Both the position numbers and the translations under genes were made by a program. A stretch of 64,000 nt of DNA, taken from the NCBI GenBank assembly GCA_951406725.2, contig OX597825.1:72540001-72604000 (forward strand). The letters are read 5' to 3'. The notes below the pieces were generated by a model. That model searched no databases, was not told the DNA's origin, and was given only the letters and a program-made list of their open reading frames with translations. Positions within the stretch are counted from its first letter, which is position 1; every line of letters begins with the position of its first letter. This document shows, piece after piece, positions 12,726 through 27,686 of this stretch. Origin of the DNA: Octopus vulgaris. Lineage: Eukaryota.

Positions 12726-13269
12726 TAGACAACAAAAGTAGTCGAAATTGAACCAACAACATATGTGCACTGGACTGTAATTTCTTGGAATGGTAGTAAT
12801 ACGTTACAAGCGAATGCATACATAATACAGATAAATGTTCTCCGATCTTTTGTTCGTCCAACTCCACGCTTCATTTGATAACAAATCGAATAAGCCAGCG
12901 CTTTAACATAAATCTGACATGACGACAATGGAAAGTGAGTAAAGTTTAATTTCCTAACGCACTTAAATTGAATTTAAGCAAAATGAACGTTGAGAAACAC
13001 TTCTAAACCCAAAATTTAGCAACATATTAAACAAACAATCATGTATAGACTTTAACTATTATTTGCAATAACGCATTTGCATAGAATACGTGTACAGGGA
13101 TAGAATAAGACCCCTAAAGAGGGTTAAAGCAGAATTGAAACACCTGCACACGTATAAGGCAGATATTCACGTAAAAATATATTCTTCGCTTTAAAATTGA
13201 GTTCGTTATCGCGTAGTGACATTCTGGATGCTTTATGATTAATATTTTTATATATAAACAGGCACTCAG

Positions 13270-13319
<50 letters not shown>

Positions 13320-13609
13320 CTTTGAAAGTCCACTGTCTGGCATTGGTCTTTTTACTTATTATATATTGTTTATTCATTTTTAAATACTTTTTGTGATCTA
13401 GTTAAATATTTTATATTTTATTTTTTCTTTATGATTTGGTTTATGTCTATCATTGTTTGAATTACTTAATAGTGATTTTACTCTAATTTATATATATTAT
13501 ATATTTATATTGTGAAATTTGATTTAATACTAAATTGAATTTTTCACTGTAAGTTTGGATCATACTCCCTAATATTATTATCATATATGTGTGCGTGTGT
13601 GTATATATA

Positions 13610-13648
<39 letters not shown>

Positions 13649-13886
13649 ATAAATACATAATGCTAATGTACATACACATACATACACACACACACATACA
13701 CACACACACATTATATGCACTCCAACTCCAAAATACATAACGGCACACAAAACATTAGAAACTGATCAGAAATATCTGAACAGCCATGATAGTAAATATA
13801 TTGAAAACTTTTGTACATGTTCTGAACTGAAGCAATATTTATGTAAAACAGCTATGTGTCCTGTTTCGTTGTTGTTGCCATTGCTT

Positions 13887-13924
<38 letters not shown>

Positions 13925-15732
13925 GCTGTTGTTGATGTTGTTGGTGATGTGTGATATTATTTAATATTCCTGATTGTACTTGACAATAAGAGTGCACAAG
14001 AGCAAATACATCAGCAAGAGTTTGTATATCGGCGCCTATGTCTATAAGTGTCTGCATGAGAAAGTGAGAAAGTGGAAGAGGCCTGTGTGTGTGTGTGTGT
14101 ATGTGTGTGTGTGTGTTTGAAATAGAGTGGCAATAGAGAGGGAGTGAGAGACAGAGACCTGAGAACGAAAGAGAGAAACAAAGGAGGGAAAGAGAGAGAG
14201 AAAAACGAATGTATATGCGTTACAATCGATGATATTCTATAAGAGAAAGCTACTTCAAAATGTGAACATTTTAATTTGAGACCTGAATTATTGAGTTTAA
14301 AATTCAATCAAAGTCCTTCTCTTGACTCAGAAAAATTTTTGAAAAATCAAATCAGATTTTATAAAATGAAAACCATAAAAAAGAAACCCAGCCACTCCAT
14401 AAATTTCATACTATTGGACTTTGCTTGCTTTGAGAACTTTATTAAAAATATTGATTTCACACTATTGGACCAGAGGCGCATATCTGCGGCTCAGGGCCAG
14501 CTATACAACCGTTAGATTCGAAAGTATTGACACCTGTACTTTATTTTTTTTAGCATACTGAGTCTGGAAGAAGGTGCAGTGGTTATAACCTTTGCAGGCC
14601 TTCGTTAAACCTTTAATTTCTTCTAGCCCTGATTTATATGGCACATTATTATGCTACCTTGATACAGTTTTAATGCCGCAACTGTTAAATATATTCACCG
14701 AGCAGTCTCGGCTCTTCATGAAAACAAAATGAGGAATGATTTTGATATGCAGATGTTTAAAATGTTGCGAGTCAAAACCTGAAGACTGGAGGGATTTTCA
14801 GATGTGGGTTACGTTCAAGGGGAAAAGTATTGTGGATAATGGTTGATGGCGAGAGACTGGATCGAGGTTTAAAGACAACAGGAGTGATAAGAGTTATAAA
14901 GACGAGTGAGTCGAACGTATCAGAGTGGAAGAAATAAAAAAACAAGCTAGCTCCGAGGATCAGTTATGATTAGCAGTCTCGTAGTCGTGTAGCTCGCACT
15001 CATTACTGATCGAGTTGTCCTATGATCAAAAGCGATCTATCCATAACCAAGCAGTCTTCATTTTTGAAGCAAAGTGTATGCTTTATCTAAAGTATTTCTT
15101 CCCAAAAATCTTAGAATGTATGTGATTTGCGAGTGTTTTAGCTGTTATGTCTAGCAGATAGAGCTCGATCATTTAGTAGCTCCCTGCCGTCGGAATATAG
15201 AGCAAAATATTGGGCTGTCTGATCATTTGTTCAGTTCACTATTGAAATTCTTAATCGTGTTATCTAAAACTTAAGCTTTTTATATGAATTCAATATTGCA
15301 ACAGTTTTTCAGGTATCGACCTGTAATCTCCTCAGTTACTCGTCTAAATCACTATACAGTCCTTCATGTATCGAACCGTCAACCTCTCGATTAGTTCACT
15401 ATTGACATTTTTGCCCATGCATCGAATCGTTAACCGTTGCATCGTTTTTCACAGATCCCTGTTAAAATAGTTGTTCATAAATTAAACCCACGACCTATCT
15501 ATCGTTTTTTCCGGTTCACCATCGAAAGAGTTGTCCATGTCTTTCTTTCTCTTCAATACTGGATATTCGCCAAATGTTGCTGGACAAATCGATGATTAAG
15601 AACCGATATAAGCAGATTAACGTGCGTTCTTGCGATCTTTATGTAATATTTCGGAGTCTGCTGGAGAATCTTTAACATTCATAATACGCTCAAAGCACTT
15701 CTACAAAACATCTAAACATAATGGGCAGTTAG

Positions 15733-15807
<75 letters not shown>

Positions 15808-15826
15808 GCACACACACACGCACACA

Positions 15827-15916
<90 letters not shown>

Positions 15917-16719
15917 CACTTATAAATAAATCAACGGTCCACTGATACATCAGTGTTTCTACGGTCAGATTTTGTGCGGGATTTTGCTTAAATATTTATT
16001 TCCCTCTATTAGTACAGTTTAATGATATAAGCATCCCCTACTTAATGTCCCCCCGCCCTTGATTTTTTTCTCCTCATAACTTTCAGAAAAATGGACGTTT
16101 TTATGGAATCTTCTCAGACAGTGGATATTCCGATTATATCGGAATTCAATGTAAAACAAAAAAGATCTTTGGTGGTGGGTGCTAACACATGCATAATGAC
16201 ACACATTATATTCAAGTTTCATTCGGTAGATAATATTTATTTGGTGATGTGTGTGCACTCAACTACTTTTTTCTTTCACATTTTTAGTAATAAATTCCTA
16301 TATGTTAGTAATCTACACCGTCTGAGAGGCATTTTGGATAAAATTTCATTAAAAATATCCAGTTTCCTTGAAGTTCTGAGGAAACAAAGTCGGGTGGGAG
16401 CACATCTGTGTCGGCAAGGTACAGTATGTTACTGATAAATTTGAATATATAGAAATTCATAGTAAGAAATTCTCGCCGTCTCTTTCACAAGGATAATAAA
16501 GATACAACACAAAGTCGAGGTAAACATTAAGCAATAGAATAAACACAAAGTTGGTGTTAGTTTAGTGCTCAGGAAATATGGAAGAAAGAAAAAAAGAAGT
16601 AAATTTGGTAGAGATGGAGAGAAAAGAACAAGGAATGAAAATTGGGAAAATAGAAACATACGTATAAGTTGCAACAATGCCAAGAAGCGCATTGTGACCA
16701 GAATTGTGCAGCCGGGGGA

Positions 16720-17090
16720 TTCCTGTCGAGGCCCAGAGTCTCCTCGAGAACATCGTTTCTCTTGACTTACACAAACTTCCGAAATGGATGTTCCACCAGC
16801 AGCCTTTCCCGACTAGCAGAGAACTGCGAGCATCCTACCTCGGTCTACGCTTGATCAAGGAGTGCAGCTTTGTCAAAGAGATAAACTGCGTGAGGAAAAG
16901 CGAGTTTAATAGTGACCACATCTACTCACCGTCAAGGAAACACCGGAGAGACAGCAACCTCGGAGTATATCTACGTATCATCAGCCACGGCAAGCCCAAT
17001 CTTCCACTCGTGATTGTTGAGACCAAATAGAGCCCGAGACCAGTGGAGAAAACGTGAGAGTAAGCGTTCTAGTCAGATCAGACATGAACT
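16720..17090 (-). mobile_element. Tx1/L1-like ORF2 fragment (post-RT region)
   Basis: Minus strand GRLGLPWLMIRRYTPRL...FLDGE*MWSLL resembles the GGLGLP motif of L1/Tx1 ORF2. Confidence 0.55.
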
Positions 17091-17117
17091 AAAAGTACTG
17101 CGGTCAGTCAGTAATAT

Positions 17118-17503
17118 GGAAGCACTCCGTCGGTTACGACGACGAGGGTTCCGGTTGATCCGAATCAACGGAACAGCCTGCTCGTGAAATTAACGTGTAA
17201 GTGGCTGAGCACTCCACAGACACGTGTACCCATAACGTAGTTCTCGGGGATATTCAGCGTGACACAGAGAGTGACAAGGCCGGCCCTTTGAAATACAGGT
17301 ACAACAGAAACAGGAAGTAAGGGTGAGAGAAAGTTGTGGTGAAAGAGTACAGCAGGGATCACCACCATCCCCTGCCGGAGCCTCGTGGAGCTTTTAGGTG
17401 TTTTCGCTCAATAAACACTCACAACGCCCGGTCTGGGAATCGAAACCGCGATCCTATGACCGCGAGTCCGCTGCCCTAACCACGGAGCCATTGCACCTCC
17501 ACA
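17118..17503 (-). mobile_element. SINE family A (tail type 2), full length
   Basis: tRNA head; TSD AGTCAGTAATAT at 17106-17117 and 17504-17515. Confidence 0.9.
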
Positions 17504-17589
17504 AGTCAGTAATATACGAGGGAGAGGACGTGTTTCCCACTTCTCCCGACCTTTCACGGATAATTTTCGTTCGGTTCATTTCTAAGTGA

Positions 17590-18247
17590 GATTGGTGACC
17601 TTGGTCAAGGTGGTGAATGCTGCCATAATCCTTGCCTTCATTTCATCTTTGGTTTTACAAGGAGTTTTGGTGGTCTCTCTTTCAACTGTACCCCACACAT
17701 AATAATGAAGTGGGGTTGCAGTCTGGGCAGTCAGTTTGCCAGATGTTAGTGGGGTGATGTGGCCGCAGAAATTGTTTGACAACCATGACTGGGCTCTCCT
17801 GCTTGTGTGGCATGGTACAGAGCCCTGTTGCTAGACATAGGGTCTTCCAGTAACCAGCCTCTCGACCCAGGGCAGCACTACCCCCGTCCAGGCACTTGAT
17901 GTACGCCGTGCGGGAAGATGAATGAAGGCATAACGTCGCCACCACTAGTGATCACTCCAAACACTATGGTGTTGACTGGATGTTTGATTGTTATAACTCT
18001 CGGTACACGTCCTCAGATTGACACCCAGACATTCTGAAATCTTTGTATTGGACGTTCCGGTGCAAATGCCAAGCAATACAACGTGTCGTTTCCAAATTTA
18101 TGGCAGAGTGAATTGCTTCATAGTGCTGTTTTTTCACAGACGCTGCCCAGCTGACCCTACCATACTGTGTAGTCGACAAAATCAAAAACAATGAGCATGC
18201 ACGAAATTTAAAATATAAAATGGCGACAGTTTACCCATCACACCCTG
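17590..18247 (-). mobile_element. Decayed Tc1/mariner-superfamily (maT-like) transposon
   Basis: QQGSVPCHTSRRAQSWL...CPDCNP/LHYYVWGTVE (WPPNSPDCNPLDYYVWG-like); TA+CAGGGTG terminus at 18247. Confidence 0.8.
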
Positions 18248-18988
18248 TATAAGTATTTGTCTGTGTGTGTGTATGTGTGTGGATACATGTATGTACATAT
18301 ATATATATATGTATATGTATATGTATATATAGGTGGTGTTCAATGTGGTGTCCCAGGATGGATTCTGACCAATGACTGAAAAGCATATGTTTTAAAAGAT
18401 ATATCGTGGTAACAAAACAAGAAACTGGTTGCTTGCTTGCTTGCTTGCCTGTTCGTTTTTTTGTTGGATACAACATCAAATAAGTTGATTACGATATTAC
18501 TTAGGATCTATACGAAATTTGCAAAGAGGCACTTGTGGAACCGTAAAGCATGATATCTATCAGTAAATATTTAGAATGTGTTATGATGATACTATCTTAA
18601 CTGTGATATGATACATCAATAGCAGAAATTACCATTCTTTTCAAAGACATATATCATTAAATAATGGCTTATAATGGAATGTACATTAGGCAAAACTCGA
18701 ATGCACGAGATACGTCTATTAAATTATGTCCCCATTCTATCGGGTCATTTTGTGCAATGTTGTTAAGATTGTTAAACACTTTAGACTGAACAAGTCAATA
18801 AATTATTACTTCCCTTCTGTACATCCATATATTTATGCCTACAAACGTTATGTTGTCACTTGTTTTTGATTAACGGTTTTTATATGAAATCTGGTATCTT
18901 GTAATAGGATAATGATTTAGCGAACACTTAAAAGAACTTGTTATTGATGCTTGAAAGCTATTTCCTCCTATCGGAACGCCAACACAGA

Positions 18989-19089
<101 letters not shown>

Positions 19090-19286
19090 TTGTGTGTGTG
19101 ATTGTGTGTGTGTTTGTGTGTTTGTGTGTTTGTATGTATTTGTGTGTGTGTGTGTGCATTTGTGTGTCTTGTGCGTGTGTATATGAATATGCATGTATGT
19201 GTATTTTTGATATAAGTATATGTATCTATAGAGTAACATTTATGTAAACTGTATATGTATAGGATATATATATGTGTGTGTATATA

Positions 19287-19323
<37 letters not shown>

Positions 19324-20523
19324 ATGTATGTGTTTTTTTGGGGGGGATAGAAGTTGAAAATGCACTAGGAATAGTTAAAATATTTCTTATTAATATATTT
19401 GAAGCTTTAACCGGTTTCACAGTTTACACTGATTTTCAAAAAGTTCAAATAGATAAACATGGCTTATATCACAGCTGTCTTGATTGTGACTAGTGTCTGA
19501 GGTTTGCCCTATTTTTATAGTGAGTTCATGGCTCAAAGTAGTATGTGTTAAGAATAGGATTTGATTGGTAGAGGATAGTCACATGACTAGTCTTAGAAAC
19601 TTTTGTAGGTTCCCCGCTACGCCCGTGTGTTAGTTATCAAGTAACAATGTTTGGCGTCGTAAGTTAAGACTGACACAGTTGACAGAACAGATCCAAACAA
19701 GCAATGCTCTGAACGTTTTCTGTCAAATGTTTGTAGAGAATGAACATATGATTAAGTTTATACTAATGTACGAATTAGCCGGTCGATCTCTATTTCTGAA
19801 AATCCCAAATCCGTTCTGTCAGCGCCATGAACAGGCCATCTTGACTATAGTCGTACCCCTTTTCGCACTGTTTGGGGTACCGTATATATGATATACTCTT
19901 GTTGGTAAGCGACCAAATAGTTATACGAAGATTGAAGTCAGCGGTGGTTAAGATGTGAAGTCCATCTGGACCCCAGTGAACAATTCAAGGAATATCGAAT
20001 CCGCAATGTGGTTCTAAAGAATAAGAACTTTAGTATAATTATTTCCCGTTATTTCCACCTGCGGCAGAATTCGCACAAACATGAGATTGTTACCTCCATT
20101 TATGAATCTATGTTTTTTGGACATATCTCTTGTTGGTGTCATCAGCCATTCTCTTCTGTGCTGGCTTAGGGTATGTTTGAAGAGAGTATTTATTTGGAAG
20201 GAACCCTTCTCCTAAACTGATTGCTTTCACCACAAATAAGGTGACTAATATACCTTTACACAACTTTTTTTAACTCATAGATAGGGCCCTGACTGCTACA
20301 ACCGTTCCGGTTCAGAACGGACCTGGGAATAATAGAAATTAAGGGATGATTCTGTGTTCCCTCTCACCTCCAGAACGCCCGAACTGGAACCTCATCACTA
20401 GATGCATTTTAATGTCATACCTACGAAGGTGCAGACAATTTTGAATAGAAATACATGTTTATTAACAACTTGCATGGATTTCATATGAGAATATGGATTG
20501 CATATTCTCATATGTTCAAAGAG

Positions 20524-21081
20524 AATCTCCCGATGAGCTTTACTATTATAGTCCGAGTTTCTCTTGATTGTTTTGTAGTTTAGAAATATCCCAGAGTACT
20601 CACACAGGAAGGAAGCAAAACGAAAGAAGAGTGTTTGTCCATAAATTATTTGATTATGTTGCTCGGATGGTGCGATTAAGAAAGACTTGTAGCCCCAAAG
20701 CTCACCTTTTCCAATTATCGGCGGCGAATTCTAGGAGACTAGTATAGCGTCATATCTTGCTACCGCTTGATTGATATATCTACAAGAATACAAGTGTGTG
20801 TGTGTGTGTGTGTGTTTGTCCCCTAGAATTCGCTGATAATTGGAAAAGGTGAGCTTTGGGGCTACAAGTCTTTCTTAATCCCACCATCCGAGTGACGTAA
20901 TCAAATAATTTATGGACACATAATTTATTAGCCACCTTATTTGTGGTGAAAGCAATCAATTTATGGACAAACACTCTTCTTTCGTTTTGCTTCCTTCCTG
21001 TGTGAGTACTCTGGGATATTTCTAAACCTCAAAACAATCAAGAGAAACTCGGACTATAATACTAAAGCTCATCGGGAGATT
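20524..21081. repeat. Inverted duplication, arms 20524-20735 / 20822-21081
   Basis: Direct reverse-complement match; right arm is flanked by (TG)n on both sides. Confidence 0.9.
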
Positions 21082-21100
21082 GTGTGTGTGTGTTTGTGTT

Positions 21101-21202
<102 letters not shown>

Positions 21203-23296
21203 TATTTGGGTGTGAGTATGAAATATATTTAGATAGAAAATGGAAAGAAAAATGTTTCCTTTCAGAAAGAGCTGTGCAAAGAACGAGATGACGCAAGTCA
21301 TGATATGGTATTCTCTCGAACAAGTTATATCAGTCTGGTTCGCCATTAAGTTTCCTGACATTTTAACAAGACGATCGAATGAATTCGAAATTTATGTTTT
21401 AACCAAAGTGTTATGAAAATGTCCGGAATTAATGACTTACTCCTTGAAGAATATCATTGCTCCCAGAATGCATTGTGTTCTTTGCCTACAATGTTCTACC
21501 GTTGCATTTCCGAGTCCGGAAGTTACACCTAATATATAAAAAGTCAACTAACGACAAGCTGTTCAGTTTAAATGTCAAGTATTGAGAGACGTTAATGAGT
21601 AGACGCTCAGGTAAATGTTTTATTTTCCGCTTCTCCGAAGAATCTTAATGATAAGTTAAACTAAAAATGGAATAAATCAACAACAACGGTTGCTATAAAG
21701 CAATGCTTACGTTAGATAAATGAAAATAACAAATGAAGAATTTTTGTTGAAGTCAGTAGGAATTTCTTTCCGTTTCATTCCTCCTTGAAACTTTGGTAAG
21801 TTACTGACGCCTAGTTGATCGACTGATAAATGGTTGCATCATATTTTGCCATGGCTTTTTTTTTTTTTTTTTAATTATGTTCTATATGAATCTTTGCAAT
21901 CTGAAGCTAATACATACTGAATACTTTTCATAGCTTATTCAGAAGAGGATGAGTAACACCCAGAGACTTCTAAGAACCTCAAAGACTGGCTGAACAAAGT
22001 TATCTTTGGACAGGGTATAAACGAGCTCAAGAGAAAGCTGAACAGCAGAAGGTCTTCAGGGAAGACACCACCACCACATGCTAATATTTCGACCCTTAAC
22101 GCCTTATAGTATAAAGGGACCAGGCTGCATCCAGGTCATAACTCCTGGATACTCGGCACCAGCTTGCACATTATGTGCTACAGTCTGCATTGTAACACCC
22201 CTGGATGATTAAGCTGCCCAAGACCCAAGCTACTTTGAGTGCTATAACCAGTCAGTCGCAAAAGAGAACGATAGAATAAGTACTGGGCTTACAAAGAATA
22301 AGTCCCGGGGTCGAGCTGCTCGATTAAAGACGGTGCTCCAGCATGACCGCATGGTAAATTATGACTTCTGAAATTCACTGCCATTCCTCCTGGAACAGAT
22401 CCAGTTGAAATCCTTTACAACTGCTTCTGCCATTGGTTTAAGAACTATGGTTTTCTTTCGCCCAGAAATTGAGAGCTGTTTCATACGATTATGGTCAGAT
22501 TTACCTACAGATCCTGTCACGAATTCTTGCAAAGGAAACTGCATTTTCCGTACATGCTTCTAAGTGTCACGTTAATGTGATAAACCAGGGAATGGGATAA
22601 GTTTAGCACTCAAGAGCGAGTTTGTACCCACCAAATTTTACTTACGAGGCTTTGGCAGACTGGAAGAGGATGTGACAGTGAAAGACATCCAAAACACTGG
22701 TATTGTACCCACAACTTAGTTGCAATGGAATCTTCTTGCTTGCGTATCCATACCTTTGGTTTGTATTCAGCAGCTTCCATGAAATAAAGTAAATTGTTTA
22801 GCTCATCTTAATATCTTAATATGATATAAATCAAATGCTTCAAAGCTGGCTTAAACTCTCGTCAAGGTGACTTGTTAATATGTAAACTAAGAGAGCAAAT
22901 AGTAGTTAAACTAAGTCTCAGTATCTCGTGTTTAACACTTGTAACACTAGACTGCTATTAAATAGTTAAACATGATATTAAAAGAAACCTTTCTCTGTAA
23001 ATCTTATTTAACTTAATGACACATCCAACAGTTGCAATTTCTTTTCATTTACCTTGTATGTAATGTTTATGGGAGCCATTCATACAGATTAGTACCATTA
23101 ACCGGTTACCTAATACTATTGCGCCTCACACCGACTTACAGTGGAAATGCATTTGTATTAATCTTCTACCATTTTCTTCAGTGTAACATTTATTTTTTAT
23201 TATGGTAAAAAATACATTCATTTACAAAGTTTCGAATATATTTTTATCTTAATCTTATAATACACAGACACAAACACACGAATATGTATGTACATA

Positions 23297-23350
<54 letters not shown>

Positions 23351-23353
<3 letters not shown>

Positions 23354-23614
23354 TGTCACCGGGATCACCGTAACTGACCAGGCTATCAGATATTGCTACA
23401 CATCGCTGATCACAATGCGCTTCGCATTGTTTTAGCCTTCAAATGACGCCACGCCGCTGACTAAGCGAGCAGGCCAACAGAAGGAAGAGTGAGAGAAAGT
23501 TTTGGCGAAAGAGTACAGCAGGGATCGCCACTAACCCCTGCCGGAGCCTCGTGGAGCTTTAGGTGTTTTCGCTCAATAAACATGCCCTAACCACTGAGCC
23601 ATTGCGCCTCCACA
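23351..23614 (-). mobile_element. SINE family A (tail type 3), internally deleted head
   Basis: Family A body; tail shared with 48668-48948. Confidence 0.85.
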
Positions 23615-23710
23615 TATTTACATACATATATACATACATATGTTTCTATGGGTTAAGGTTTGAAGAGACAAACAGTAAAATAGAATACAAAATGTAGTAT
23701 ATATTATTAC

Positions 23711-23744
<34 letters not shown>

Positions 23745-24187
23745 GAATGAGAGAGCAGTGCATGACATCAAAGTGACACTGGGGTAAAATATACGAAGCC
23801 CAATATACCCATCATGACTACCCGTCTGATAAGGGTACACCAGGCACATGCATCACAACCATATGTGCGCGACATGGTGATCTCATATCAAGATAAACAG
23901 CACATGACCTTGCAGGTGGAGCCCAGTTAGAATTTTCTTCAGATCGAGTAACCCATCCCGCTCAAAAGGTTATTGAATAGGGGTTGTTTAAGGACGTTGA
24001 ACGAAACGCCCATATTTCCAGAGGTGAATTATTCAAACCCCAAAGAATCCTTCTCAACACATGGCTATGATGCTCCCCCACTACTTCTGCTCGTGATCAG
24101 AGATGCACATATCATCAGCCACTAAGGGACATGCTCAACTGGTTAAGGTCAAACAACTGACAAGCAAATCTGTGGTATTGAGCAGAA

Positions 24188-24190
<3 letters not shown>
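23745..24190 (-). mobile_element. ~440 bp ORF-less retroposon embedded in (ATT)n
   Basis: Highly similar copy at 26696-27132; minus strand ends CTCTCTCATTC(AAT)n. Confidence 0.75.
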
Positions 24191-24265
<75 letters not shown>

Positions 24266-24276
24266 CATTATTATTA

Positions 24277-24495
24277 AAGCGGTGAGCTGGAAGAATCGTT
24301 AGCACGCTCACGAAATGCTTAGTGGTATTTCGTCCGTTTTTACGTTCTGAGTTCAAATTCTGCTGAGGTTGATTTTTGCCTTTCATTCTTTAGGGGTCGA
24401 TGAAATATAAGTACCAGTTACACACTGGGGTTGATGTGATCGACCAATCTCCCTCAACATTCCAGGCCTTGTACCTATACTAGAAAGGATTAGTA
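24277..24495 (+). mobile_element. SINE family B
   Basis: Family B head and core. Confidence 0.8.
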
Positions 24496-24672
24496 TTATT
24501 CGGCTGAAGTTACGCAGTGATTCAAGAAGCGAGAATTTTGCGCATTGGCGTTTAAAGCACGAAACACACGGCCCTTGATTCACTCTTGCTTCTGCTGAGT
24601 AATAATGTGTGTCCGTTTGGAACACGCATACACACACACACACATACATACATACATACATACATACATACA

Positions 24673-24708
<36 letters not shown>

Positions 24709-24715
24709 TATATGT

Positions 24716-25132
24716 AGGCGCAGTAGTGGCTGTGTGGTAAGTAGCTTGTTTACCAACCACATGGTTCCAGGGTTCAGTCCCACTGCGTGGCACCTTGGGC
24801 AAGTGTCTTCTACTATAGCCTCGGGCCAACCAAAGCCTTGTGAGTGGATTAGGTAGACGGAAACTGAAAGAAGCCTGTTGTATATATGTATATATATATG
24901 CGTGTGTGTGTGTTTGTGTGTCTATGTTTGTCCCCCTAGCATCGCTTGTCAACCGATGCTGGTGTGTTTATGTCGCCGTTAATTAGCGGTTCGGCAAAAG
25001 AGACCGATAGAATAAGTACTGGGCTTACAAAAGAATAAGTCCTGGGGTCGAGTTGCTCGATTAAAGGCGGTGCTCCAGCATGGCCGCAGTCAAATGACTG
25101 AAACAAGTAAAAGAGTAAAGAGAGTAAAGAGT
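24716..25132 (+). mobile_element. SINE family C, full length
   Basis: Head GGCGCAGTAGTGGCTGTGTGGTAAG, B-box-like GGTTCAGTCCC, internal (TA)/(TG) tract, tail (AGAGTAA)n. Confidence 0.9.
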
Positions 25133-25686
25133 ATATATATATATATATATATATACACGCACACATCACTACCACAACAGCATCACCACACTAATGACAA
25201 CACCAACAACTACAAGAAGAATTATGACGGCAACAGTATGTAAGACGCTCCCCCCGTACTGCACGCTTTCTCTCTCCCTCTCTCTCTCTCTCCCTCTCTA
25301 TCTCTCCCTCTCTCTCTCTCCCTCTCTCTCTCGCCCGCTCTATCTATCTCTCACACATACACACACACAAACACAGACACTCGCGCGTTCATATTTATAC
25401 AAAAAGAAAAGCAACGTATGTCTTGAAAAATAAGATGACGTCTTGTTGATGATATGAAGATCTGTCAATAACACAAGTGAAAACATCTCCACATCATACG
25501 ACATTGATTTTCAAAAAACCATTGATTTCTAAACGTTACTGGAGTAAAAGTTATCATAATAGGATCAATTTATAAAAGAGTTGTCAAATCGTCAATAATG
25601 TTTGAATTCTAATACATATATATATATATATATATATATTGACATACACATATATATTTTTTCACACACACACACACACACACACA

Positions 25687-25751
<65 letters not shown>

Positions 25752-25895
25752 TTACATATGTAGAAATATATATGTATATACATATATATATATAAATATA
25801 TCCACATACATATACCACACACACATATATATATATACATATATATCATATATGACATATATATATATATATATACATACACACATACATATATA

Positions 25896-25938
<43 letters not shown>

Positions 25939-25990
25939 ATAAATATACATATATACATATATATCAGGTATGATATATACATATATATAT

Positions 25991-26061
<71 letters not shown>

Positions 26062-26622
26062 CATAAATATACATATATACATATATATCATGTATGATAT
26101 ATATATATATATGTGCAAGTATATGTATATATATTTGTGTAGTGTATAATGGCAGAAGAATTTTTTTCTTTTTTTTTTACTTGTTATATTTCTCTTCAGT
26201 CTTGAAGAAGCTCCTATCACTCCAGAAGATATAAGTTTTTTTTCAAAGACGTGTTTAAAGTGAATTGCTGAATACCTATCTTGAAATCTTCATCATGGTC
26301 GTTTTCCAATATAACTAAACTAAATCGTAGAGTACATCAAAGTATATCAATCTTGTTGGTATACTTTATTTACTGTCTTTACTACCACCGAATGTTGAAG
26401 GAAAATTTGCCGAGTCGATAAGATATTGGTCGCCTAATTTAAGTTTCATAAATTTGAATCAGCATTATGTTTTATATGCCTCTACCACCTTCGATAGGTT
26501 GTATATATAACCTTTCTAAGTCAGATTTTATATTATTATTATTATCATTATTATTATTATTTGTTATTTTGATACTCCTTTTTTTGGTTGTTCGTTCGCC
26601 GACCATATTTCTCTTATTATTA

Positions 26623-26695
<73 letters not shown>

Positions 26696-26696
<1 letters not shown>

Positions 26697-27132
26697 GAGT
26701 GAGAGAGCAGTTCATGCCATCAAAGTGACACTGGGGTAAAATATACGAAGCCCAATATACCCATCATGACTACCCGTCTGATAAAGGTACACCAGGCACA
26801 TGCATCACAACCATATGTGCGCGACATGGTGATCTCATATCAAGATAAACAGCACATGACCTTGCAGGTGGGGCCCAGTTAGAATTTTCTTCAGGTTGAG
26901 TAGCCCATCCCGCTCAAACGGTCCCTGAATAAGGGTTGTTTAAGGATGTTGAAAGAACCACCCTTGTTTCCAGAGGTGAACTATTCAAACCCCAAAGAAT
27001 CCCTCTCAACACATGGCTATGATGCTCCCCCACTACTTCTGCTCGTGATCAGAGATGCACATATCGTCAGCCACTAAGGGACATGCTCAACTGGTTAAGG
27101 TCAAACAACTGACAAGCAAATCTGTGGTATTG
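26696..27132 (-). mobile_element. Second copy of the ~440 bp (ATT)n-embedded retroposon
   Basis: Colinear with 23745-24190. Confidence 0.75.
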
Positions 27133-27156
27133 ATATTATTATTATTATTATTGTCA

Positions 27157-27251
<95 letters not shown>

Positions 27252-27304
27252 CATTATTATTATTATTATTGTTATTATTATTATTATTATTGTTATTATT
27301 ATTA

Positions 27305-27345
<41 letters not shown>

Positions 27346-27376
27346 GTTGTTGTTGTTGTTGTTATTATTATTATTA

Positions 27377-27413
<37 letters not shown>

Positions 27414-27415
<2 letters not shown>

Positions 27416-27616
27416 TATGTTTGACTTCTGCTTTATATTTGTACAAGTTGGCTCCAAGTCTCACCCAGAGACCTCAAAAGACAACAGGTTGGAAGTTCAT
27501 GTTGTTGTTATGCCTAGTGTGCCATATATTTGGGGTTTTTAGTGTTGTACTAGTGAATGTCTAAAAAAAACATACGAAAATTATGTTTGTTTTAAAACTT
27601 GAGATTACATAGAAAT
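27414..27616 (-). mobile_element. Probable R4/Dong LINE 3'UTR in (ATT)n
   Basis: Minus strand starts ...CTATGTAA (stop), contains GAGGTCTCTGGGTGAGAC and ends in (AAT)n. Confidence 0.55.
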
Positions 27617-27652
27617 TATCATTATTATTGTTATTATTATTATTATTATTAC

Positions 27653-27683
<31 letters not shown>

Positions 27684-27686
<3 letters not shown>

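Noticed and set aside
14487-14631. hAT-like MITE (CAGGGC...GCCCTG)
   Set aside because: Very short TIR and no 8-bp TSD
17420-17503. tRNA gene
   Set aside because: A/B boxes belong to a SINE head continuous with body, tail and TSD
20524-20570. Hammerhead at CCGATGAG
   Set aside because: No GAAA/UH with a closing stem I; the same applies to CTGATGA near 3319 and ATGATGAG near 7834
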